IMG/VR virus record: IMGVR_UViG_2671180439_000003
Direction: 5' to 3' (one strand)
Origin: a virus
Lineage: Duplodnaviria > Heunggongvirae > Uroviricota > Caudoviricetes
Length of the DNA stretch: 13,208 nucleotides
Made by a program: the position numbers and the translations under genes. Positions 1 to 6,318 of this stretch are shown in pieces; the first letter of the stretch is position 1; each line of letters starts with the position of its first letter. Below the pieces are notes generated by a model, which was not told the DNA's origin, made no database searches, and saw only the letters and a program-made list of their open reading frames with translations.

Positions 1-245
1 GTCATCCATATCACCACGTCAAAGGGTGACAGCAGGCTCATAAGACGCCCCAGCGTCGCCATAGTGCGCTCACCGAATACGTGCGCAACAACCGTCTTCC
101 GGAGACTGTCATACGCGTAAAACAGCCAGCGCTGGCGCGATTTAGCCCCGACATAGCCCCACTGTTCGTCCATTTCCGCGCAGACGATGACGTCACTGCC
201 CGGCTGTATGCGCGAGGTTACCGACTGCGGCCTGAGTTTTTTAAG
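1..245 (-). CDS. insB: IS1 InsB frame (C-terminal part of the InsAB' transposase), partial; truncated by the window edge
   Basis: Hand translation of the -1 frame after the A6C motif gives ...[64 protein letters not shown]..., which matches recalled IS1 InsB. The ORF runs off the start of the window. Confidence 0.8.
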
Positions 246-493
246 TGACGTAAAATCGTGTTTAGGCCAACGCCCATAATGCGGGCTGTTGCCCGGCATC
301 CAACGCCATTCATGGCCATATAAATGATTTTCTGGTGCGTACCGGGTTGAGAAGCGGTGTAAGTGAACTGCAGTTGCCATGTTTTACGGCAGTGAGAGCA
401 GAGATAGCGCTGATGTCCGGCGGTGCTTTTGCCGTTACGCACCACCCCGTCAGTAGCTGAACAGGAGGGACAGCTGATAGAAACAGAAGCCAC
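218..493 (-). CDS. insA: IS1 InsA (transposition regulator, N-terminal part of the InsAB' transposase)
   Basis: 91-aa [43 protein letters not shown]... ending ...[11 protein letters not shown], recognised as IS1 InsA with zinc-finger cysteines. It ends just after the A6C slippery site. Confidence 0.95.
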   Translation of the reverse strand: MASVSISCPSCSATDGVVRNGKSTAGHQRYLCSHCRKTWQLQFTYTASQPGTHQKIIYMAMNGVGCRATARIMGVGLNTILRHLKNSGRSR

Positions 494-543
494 TGGAGCA
501 CCTCAAAAACACCATCATACACTAAATCAGTAAGTTGGCAGCA

Positions 544-840
544 TCACCCATCCGAGCATCTGCGTTTCTTCGCGATAGAACGCAGTGAGATACCTATAAC
601 AAAGTGAGCAATGATCAGTTCATATTCTTCTGGTTTATATTTACGCAACCGCACCACACAACCGTCTATCATGATCCCTTCATCATCATCACACTGGAGG
701 CGTGACTTTTTACCGTGTGGTAAAAGCCCCTTGAAGCCTGCCGCGATCGGCTGCCAGTCCACTCCGCTGTTATCTGCTGCTGCCCATGCTCCCCAGCGGT
801 CCAAAACCTCGTACATATCACGCATCAAATCTCTCCACAA
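544..840 (-). CDS. Hypothetical prophage early-operon protein, C-terminally truncated by the IS1 insertion (probable true start is the ATG at 825)
   Basis: ORF ends ...SIAKKRRCSDG with its last codon and TGA stop (546-544) supplied by the IS1 terminal repeat (IS1 boundary at 548). The track start at 840 is TTG; an in-frame ATG with a gagag RBS-like sequence lies at 825-823. Confidence 0.4.
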   Translation of the reverse strand: MWRDLMRDMYEVLDRWGAWAAADNSGVDWQPIAAGFKGLLPHGKKSRLQCDDDEGIMIDGCVVRLRKYKPEEYELIIAHFVIGISLRSIAKKRRCSDG

Positions 841-842
841 AA

Positions 843-1232
843 TCAGGCCAGCACACCAATTGCCAGCGCGCGATCGATAAATCGAAAAATTAGCTCCAGT
901 TGGGAACCATACTTCTCTTCAAATGCCACAGTGTCCACATGCAACTCGTCGTGATGCTTTCTGCACAAAGGCAATACAAAGAGGTCATGCGCTTTTGTAC
1001 CCTGGCGACGCGCCTTACGCGTTAACCAGCCTTCTGCTTCCAGCCGTGCGATAGCCGTTCTGACGGTACTCATCCCCGCGCCAATCTGGCGGGCAATGGT
1101 TTCAATTGATGGCCAGCACACACCTTCGTCATTACTGAAATCAGCCAGGCGGGCCATAATTGCCACACTGGATAATTTCATGCCTGACGCTGCGCAACCA
1201 TCCCATACATAGCCGGTTAATTTAGTGCTCAT
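843..1232 (-). CDS. Phage early-region helix-turn-helix DNA-binding protein (replication-organiser-like N-terminal domain)
   Basis: 129-aa ORF with an HTH-like segment WPSIETIARQIGAGMSTVRTAIARLEAEGWL. Its ATG (1232) overlaps the stop of the upstream gene, as in phage coupled operons. Same strand as the Cro-like gene. Confidence 0.6.
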   Translation of the reverse strand: MSTKLTGYVWDGCAASGMKLSSVAIMARLADFSNDEGVCWPSIETIARQIGAGMSTVRTAIARLEAEGWLTRKARRQGTKAHDLFVLPLCRKHHDELHVDTVAFEEKYGSQLELIFRFIDRALAIGVLA

Positions 1233-1646
1233 GACCGACCTCTATTTCCCTGAATTTACGACGAAACTGTTCGAGCGGGCTGAAGCACTCATGCTCATAG
1301 CCTTCGCGGAGGTAGATAACCCGTTGTGTTTCCGGCTCCCAACGAATGACTCTGACGGGCACTCCGTAGTGATCTTTGAACCAGCGGTTAACTTCTCGCA
1401 AAGGACTGTCTCCTTCTGCCGGTTGAAATCCCCCACAGCCCACTCAGCAAAGCTGTGGGTTACAATTTCCCTGTCACCTGGTACATTCACTGCATAGCAA
1501 TACTCCACCTTCGCTTTTCCACCCGGTACAGGAAGCGCAATCAGTTGCGAGTGACGGTAGTGTGTTGTTATAAACTGTTCATGCGTTAGTTTCTCCACAG
1601 TCACGACACGCCACGGCGCCCGGAGCTGCACACTCGCGGGCGTCAT
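1222..1646 (-). pseudogene. Phage early-operon gene that appears frame-disrupted at a C5/G5 homopolymer (1430-1434); two partial frames (1242-1745 track ORF and 1222-1443) would fuse if the run were G6
   Basis: Frame B reads ...[11 protein letters not shown] and then degenerates into a serine-rich tail. Frame A reads [72 protein letters not shown] and ends with a stop overlapping the next gene's ATG. By hand translation, one extra G in gctgtgggggatttc joins B to A. Confidence 0.35.
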
Positions 1647-2130
1647 TACTTTCTGAAATGCAAAATATTTTGTAGACCAGTGCTGCATGCTCCTGCAGCT
1701 TCGAAATTGAGAGATACAGCTCGTCGTTAATTGCTGTTTTCTCATGCGGTTCCACTACACCGTCTTCAATTGCTGAACGAATCTGTTTTGAATAACTGCC
1801 GATCTGTTCAATGACCTCCAGCAGGCGTTGGTTGATATCGGCGTTGTCCACATCCTCGACATCAGGAAGAGACACAAAGACGCCATTTGCAGACTGCGCC
1901 ACAGCGTCAGCAATGAAGTGAGTTCCACCAGCACGTTGCAAAATCATTGCCCATCCCAGCGGGAAAATCTGATCGCCATCGGCACGAAGGCGGTTAAATA
2001 ATGCGTTCTCTGTTACATCCAGCCAGTCAGCAGCTTCAGCGTACCCCCCCGGCAACGCTGCGATAGTTTTTCTGACAGCTTTCACGTACCACTCAGGCTG
2101 TTTTTCTACTTTCCAGTGATGCTTACCCAC
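1579..2130 (-). CDS. Prophage early protein of unknown function (e14 YmfL-like by position and recollection)
   Basis: 183-aa ORF. GTG start at 2130 is preceded by GGAGG 6 nt upstream and overlaps the Cro-like gene stop by 8 bp. It is second in the leftward early operon. Confidence 0.6.
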   Translation of the reverse strand: MGKHHWKVEKQPEWYVKAVRKTIAALPGGYAEAADWLDVTENALFNRLRADGDQIFPLGWAMILQRAGGTHFIADAVAQSANGVFVSLPDVEDVDNADINQRLLEVIEQIGSYSKQIRSAIEDGVVEPHEKTAINDELYLSISKLQEHAALVYKIFCISESNDARECAAPGAVACRDCGETNA

Positions 2131-2383
2131 GGTTCACCTCCTGTTCCTGTGGTTTAAACCCATTCTGGTTTTGGCTAGATTGAAAACGTGCCGGATAAAG
2201 AATCTGCATTTCGCTGACTTCACCCTTAAAAAAATTGGCTAATCGTTCTGCAAGCTCGATAGATGGAATCTGCTCCAGCCTCTCAATACGACTCAACGTC
2301 GCTGGATTGACTTGAACACCCGCAGCAACATGCTGCAAAGTGAAACCATGCGCCTTACGCACATTTCGTAATGGTGATTGCAT
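2123..2383 (-). CDS. Cro-like HTH transcriptional regulator (XRE family)
   Basis: ATG at 2383 preceded by GGAGGG with correct spacing. HTH segment GFTLQHVAAGVQVNPATLSRIE. Divergent from the CI-like repressor across a 97-bp operator-like region. Confidence 0.7.
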   Translation of the reverse strand: MQSPLRNVRKAHGFTLQHVAAGVQVNPATLSRIERLEQIPSIELAERLANFFKGEVSEMQILYPARFQSSQNQNGFKPQEQEVNRG

Positions 2384-2480
2384 ATGCCCTCCAAATATTG
2401 CGCGTTATGCATGTTATTTCACGCAATTATTTTGCGCAAGTTGATTTGCTTATCACGCAATAAAGAAATGTAATAAACGC
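2384..2480. promoter_or_regulatory. Divergent promoter/operator region between the Cro-like and CI-like genes
   Basis: Repeated motif tcacgcaat at 2419-2427 and 2453-2461, palindrome ttgcgcaa at 2432-2439, and related ttgcgcg at 2398-2404. A candidate -35 TTGCTT (2446-2451) and -10 TGTAAT (2469-2474) on the plus strand would place the transcript start at or next to the repressor ATG. Confidence 0.5.
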
Positions 2481-3173
2481 ATGAACATAGGAAACCGAGT
2501 CAGACAACTTCGCCAAGCGAAGAACATGAAAATCGCCGATCTCGCTGAAGCAATAGGAGTAGATGCGGCGAACATCTCGCGCTTAGAAACGGGTAAGCAA
2601 AAACAATTTACCGAACAAACACTGAGTAATATTGCCAAGAGCTTAGGTGTTGATATTGCTGATCTCTTTACCTCTGCCCACAAAAGTAATACTGTATATA
2701 AAAACAGTAATAATGAGGATGTTGCGCAGGTGAAGGATGTGTTCCGTATTGAAATGCTGGATATCAGTGCCAGTGCGGGAAATGGCCTTATCCAGGGCGG
2801 TGATGTCATTGATGTGATTCATGCCATCGAATACAGAACTGATAATGCTGTATCAATGTTCGGCGGACGACCAGCCAATCACATCAAAGTTATCAACGTT
2901 CGTGGGGACAGTATGTGTCCAACCATTGAGCCAGGAGATCTCATCTTCGTTGATATCAGCATCAATCAGTTTGATGGTGATGGTATATATGTCTTTGGTT
3001 TTGATGACAAAATATACGTTAAAAGACTTCAAATGATTCCTGACAAACTGCTGGTGATTTCTGATAACCAGATTTACCGTGAATGGGGAATTACTAGCGA
3101 AAACGAACACCGATTCATGGTCTTTGGAAAGGTCTTAATCAGTCAGTCGCAAACCCTTAAGAGACATAATTAA
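2481..3173 (+). CDS. CI-like phage repressor: N-terminal XRE-type HTH plus C-terminal S24 (LexA/CI-type) autopeptidase domain; resembles e14 CohE
   Basis: 230-aa ORF. HTH MKIADLAEAIGVDAANISRLETGKQ. S24 catalytic serine in VRGDSMCPTIEPGDLIFVD and lysine in KIYVKRLQM. Followed by an intrinsic terminator. Confidence 0.85.
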   Translation: MNIGNRVRQLRQAKNMKIADLAEAIGVDAANISRLETGKQKQFTEQTLSNIAKSLGVDIADLFTSAHKSNTVYKNSNNEDVAQVKDVFRIEMLDISASAGNGLIQGGDVIDVIHAIEYRTDNAVSMFGGRPANHIKVINVRGDSMCPTIEPGDLIFVDISINQFDGDGIYVFGFDDKIYVKRLQMIPDKLLVISDNQIYREWGITSENEHRFMVFGKVLISQSQTLKRHN

Positions 3174-3192
3174 CCTCAATATCCCATCCATC

Positions 3193-3217
3193 GGCCACCT
3201 AAAGGTGGCTTTTTATT
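3193..3217 (+). terminator. Rho-independent terminator downstream of the CI-like repressor gene
   Basis: Hairpin gccacc/ggtggc (3194-3199 and 3204-3209) with a 4-nt loop, followed by tttttatt (3210-3217). Confidence 0.6.
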
Positions 3218-3228
3218 ACCTATAAATT

Positions 3229-3264
3229 TGCATATCTCGCAAATATCACTTGCATATCTCGCAA
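3229..3264 (+). repeat. Two direct copies of the 14-bp sequence tgcatatctcgcaa, 22 bp centre to centre
   Basis: Exact copies at 3229-3242 and 3251-3264, in noncoding DNA just after the repressor terminator. Confidence 0.5.
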
Positions 3265-3429
3265 TTTAATTTTATCTTTTGTTCCAGACCAACTACAGGA
3301 TTACAACAAAATCTGGTTGCAACACGGTGCATGTGTCGTAAGCAGTCAGTAAATGTCAAAAACGAACAGGCAGGACGCCCACGAAGTAGCCGCCTGGGGC
3401 ATATGAAGTCCAGGATGATTCGTTAGCAA

Positions 3430-3453
3430 CAAAAAAGCGTCCTACAGGACGCT
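3430..3453 (-). terminator. Rho-independent terminator on the minus strand, at the 3' end of the Ag43 remnant ORF
   Basis: Stem agcgtcc/ggacgct (3436-3442 and 3447-3453) with loop taca; on the minus strand it is followed by a T6 run (plus-strand aaaaaa at 3430-3435). Confidence 0.5.
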
Positions 3454-4810
3454 TAGCTCTTTAACAATCTGGTCCCCATCAACAAGTAACTGATAACTTG
3501 AGGAGGTGTGAAATGCACAAAACAGAACCAAAAATCGTCGCGCCCGGATGCCCAGACGGAAGCCGGCACGCACATGTTGTGCACTGCCATGCCCGAACTT
3601 CACATAACCGGCGTTATCCTGGCCGTCATCCAGGGAGAGTCCCTGCCAGGTGTACTGCAGTTGCGGCTCCAGCATCAGATTGTCAGTGATACTGAAGAGC
3701 AGACCGGTTTCCAGTGAGCCCAGCCAGCCCCAGCCCCGGGCGCGGAAGTCGTTATTGTCCGATGACGCTTTCATGCTGTGGCGGGTTCCCTGTGCCACAA
3801 TGTCAGCCCACAGGCCGGAGGACGTGTGTGTCAGATTCAGGTATCCGCCCAGGCTGCCGGCATCATCCCGGACCGTGCCGGCGCGGGAACCGTCATCATC
3901 CTTAACATCAACGGAAGAATGGCCTGCAGCACCATATACCCCTGTCGTCAGAGACATACCGGCAACCTCTGTTCTCAGCAGGTCACCCTCCAGACGGACG
4001 AAGCCATAGCTGCCGCTGCTTTCCGGCGTGGCTCCACGGGCAATACCCCCCATTCAGCGTGGTATCCAGTGCGTGACCATGTACAGTCTGGTCGCCGCCG
4101 GCATAAACCACAGTGGTATTTGCCGTTCCTTCAGCAGCCACAATCTGACGACCATTTTTATTGATGGTGGTGCGTACGGCATCTCCGTAGACGGTCTGCC
4201 CTGTATCACCATTTTCTGCATCCGGTCCCCCTTCCGCGCCGGTATTCACAACCGTGTCGGTTGCCATTGCGCCGGATTTGACGGCCTGCCAGCCCTTCTC
4301 ATTAATGACGGTACCCGTTGCAATCCCGCCTTCATGTACCCACTGCTCACCGCCGTTCAGAGTGGTATTCACTGCCTGCCCCTGAAGGCTCTGTCCGCCT
4401 CCGGCACTGATAACCGTGTCTGAAACGCTTCCTCCGGCATTCACTCTCTGAAGACCACCACCGGTGACAGTAGTGTTGTTGGCGGTACCGCCATTTTGTA
4501 TCCATTGGCCGCCGGTATTCGCCTCGTTATCCGGCCCATACTCCAGCCCGGTACTGATGGTCATTCCGTTGGCCGTACCGAGAACAATCTGGTTGTCATG
4601 ATTTGTCAGTGTTCCGCCGCTCACGGTTTCTCCCGCCTGTACGACCGTGTCAGCAGCCAGTGCCGGGACTGATGTGACAGCAGCAAGAGACAGCACAATC
4701 GCCACACCGGCGCATTTTCCCCGTGAGCGGGCCAGTTCGGAAGCCACCACCAGGGTGCCCGTAATGTGATTCCATACCAGCCTGTAGCTGGTGTTCAGAT
4801 GTCGTTTCAT
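3442..4810 (-). pseudogene. flu: Antigen 43 (Ag43) self-associating autotransporter gene, disrupted: N-terminal passenger part, internal deletion/frameshift near 4046-4051, and 3' truncation of the beta-barrel domain
   Basis: N-terminal ORF begins MKRHLNTSYRLVWNHITG... with a long autotransporter signal peptide, then ...AADTVVQAGETVSGG... repeats; ATG at 4810 has an AGGA RBS. The second ORF in another frame contains ...GGIARGATPESSGSYGFVRLEGD...YVKFGHGSAQHVRAGFRLG, then non-barrel sequence with no C-terminal aromatic residue. Total about 1.37 kb, against roughly 3.1 kb recalled for intact flu. Confidence 0.85.
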
Positions 4811-5019
4811 CAGCTTTTCCTTACAGAGGGTGAATAAAAAAGCCGGTACCCACAAATGTGGATACCGGCAGGTACAAAACAGCATGGTCAGATAAAGTGG
4901 TTTTTCCCGGACATAAATGCTTCCCCTCTCTCATCCGCCAGAGAAGTATCAGTCCGTTGTGTGCAATTCCGTTCTGCATGATGAAGAGATTCAACTGCCT
5001 TTTCGCAGGCCATTAACCA

Positions 5020-5070
5020 CTATAAACGATCGATAGCAACGATCGATACCTGTTTTATCGATCGTTTTAT
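5020..5070 (-). promoter_or_regulatory. agn43 phase-variation switch region: three clustered Dam GATC sites (OxyR-binding region)
   Basis: GATC at 5028-5031, 5041-5044 and 5060-5063 within aaacgatcgatagcaacgatcgatacctgttttatcgatcg, about 220-250 bp upstream of the flu start codon on the same strand. Confidence 0.75.
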
Positions 5071-5182
5071 TCTATTGATTGCAAGGCGGTCACGCAAGAG
5101 AAACAGGAGGAGCATGAGGTGTTTGTGTCATGTTTTCAGTTGGTTAACGCAATGTAATCAGGCATTTCCCCTGGCAGACTGT

Positions 5183-6055
5183 TCAGAAGAAAATCCAGTT
5201 CCATACAGCGCGGGCAACAGAGACCACCGAGTCACGGACGGCACGCAGAACCGTGCGTGCAACAGAGGCAATACAGACGCTCTCCGCCGTGTCAAATATC
5301 CGGTCCACCGCACCGGTAAACTGTTCACGGGCCTGAGACCGGACAGATTCCGTGCGCAGCTCGTCCTGCAGGCGGGTCATCAGGGGACTGGTGGCATGGT
5401 CGGGAAGCGCCGTCATGAGCGCACTGACCAGCGTATCCAGTTCCCAGCCGGTGCGGGCCGATACGGCAACAACCGGATGTACGGGCCGGAACAGACGGAA
5501 TACCGCATCTGTTTTCTCACGAATATTCTGTGCCTGTGCGGGAGAAGGCTGAATGCCGGCCATATCCCATTCATGGCAGGGCTCCGTTTTGTCGGCCTGC
5601 GTCACCACAAACAGCACCTGCTGATGTCCCCGGTGCAGGATGTGTCGCCAGAAATACTCATCCACAGACAGGGCACGGTCATCGGCTTTAATCAGCCACA
5701 GTACCAGGTCAAGTTCAGGCAGAATGTCACGGTACAGGGCTTCATACTCTGCATCCCTGTCCCGGCTCTCGCCCACCCCGGGCAGGTCAGTGATAATCAT
5801 GCTGTGACCGTGGCCACTCAGACGGAAGCGCCGCACTTCCCGGGTGCCGGCGTGAACATCACTGACCGGGGTGACCTCCCCCTGAAACAGTGCATTACAG
5901 AGTGAGGATTTACCGGCCCCGCTTTTACCCATAATGCCAATCACGGGTTCGTGACTGGTGAGTTTACGCAGATGTTCCAGGATGTGACGGGAAAGTGAGT
6001 AAGGCAGGGAAGAAAGTGGTTTTTCAATTGCCTCAATGGCATCAGACGGATTCAT
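5183..6055 (-). CDS. yeeP: YeeP/YkfA/YfjP-family GTPase of unknown function (CP4-type island gene upstream of flu)
   Basis: P-loop GIMGKSGAGKSS, DLPG (G3) and TQAD (G4-like) motifs. Positioned immediately upstream of Ag43 on the same strand, as in CP4-44. Start assigned to the ATG at 6055; the track ORF extends to a non-ATG start at 6094. Confidence 0.75.
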   Translation of the reverse strand: MNPSDAIEAIEKPLSSLPYSLSRHILEHLRKLTSHEPVIGIMGKSGAGKSSLCNALFQGEVTPVSDVHAGTREVRRFRLSGHGHSMIITDLPGVGESRDRDAEYEALYRDILPELDLVLWLIKADDRALSVDEYFWRHILHRGHQQVLFVVTQADKTEPCHEWDMAGIQPSPAQAQNIREKTDAVFRLFRPVHPVVAVSARTGWELDTLVSALMTALPDHATSPLMTRLQDELRTESVRSQAREQFTGAVDRIFDTAESVCIASVARTVLRAVRDSVVSVARAVWNWIFF

Positions 6056-6070
6056 ACATGTATTCCCGGT

Positions 6071-6108
6071 GAAAAAAGACAAAACCCCGCGCACCGGAAA
6101 GGTGGCGG
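6071..6108 (-). terminator. Possible minus-strand intrinsic terminator (GC-rich bulged hairpin plus T-tract) just upstream of the yeeP-like start
   Basis: Plus-strand ccccgcgcaccggaaaggtggcgggg forms a stem of about 10 bp with one bulge. On the minus strand it is followed by a T-rich run (revcomp of gaaaaaagacaaaa at 6071-6084). Confidence 0.35.
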
Positions 6109-6318
6109 GGGATTCACGGAGATAATATCTGTCTGAAATTATTTAGAATGCACCTGGTGCACTGCAAAGGAAAGGCAATATTCCGTTCCTCCTCCTTGTC
6201 GTGAATACCCCAGGTATCTCACAATATACACCGACTTACTCCGGGGCTGCCTGAACCACAAGATTGCTGTAGAATTGCCCCCAATGATTCAGGTCCAAAC
6301 CAGGCAAATGGATTAAAA

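Larger units (their letters stand above)
1..548 (-). mobile_element. IS1 insertion sequence, partial (window starts inside the element); terminal inverted repeat ends at 548
   Basis: InsA ORF at 218-493 and InsB reading frame running to the window edge. The minus-strand sequence from 548 downward reads ggtgatgctgccaacttactgat, the IS1 terminal inverted repeat. The A6C frameshift motif is present (plus-strand gtttttt at 236-242). Confidence 0.95.

Noticed and set aside
310-522. 70-aa minus-strand ORF overlapping insA
   Set aside because: It is an alternative frame inside IS1 insA and not a known IS1 product.
2453-3110. ORFs overlapping the CI-like repressor gene on either strand (2453-2809 minus, 2821-3036 plus, 2853-3110 minus)
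   Set aside because: The repressor ORF has clear HTH and S24 motifs; the overlapping frames are AT-rich, low-complexity translations.
3498-4423. Several plus-strand ORFs (63-131 aa) across the Ag43 region
   Set aside because: All are antisense to Ag43 coding sequence, with Arg/Pro/Cys-rich composition typical of reverse-frame translation. Only the SD-ATG at 3501-3515 was kept as a junction marker.
5075-5905. 276-aa plus-strand ORF preceded by an AGGAGG-like sequence and an ATG at 5114
   Set aside because: It lies entirely antisense to the well-supported yeeP-like GTPase gene, its product is arginine-rich and low-complexity, and the SD-to-ATG spacing is only about 3 nt. Judged to be an antisense artefact of a GC-rich gene.
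6149-6161. 13-bp perfect palindrome tgcacctggtgca in the yeeP/hsdM intergenic region
   Set aside because: It is a single short palindrome with no partner sites or adjacent promoter elements I could identify; it may be a regulator site but the evidence is too thin to call.
6196-6275. Candidate sigma70 promoter elements upstream of hsdM (for example tagaat at 6270-6275)
   Set aside because: No convincing -35 at appropriate spacing was found, so a promoter call would be speculative.
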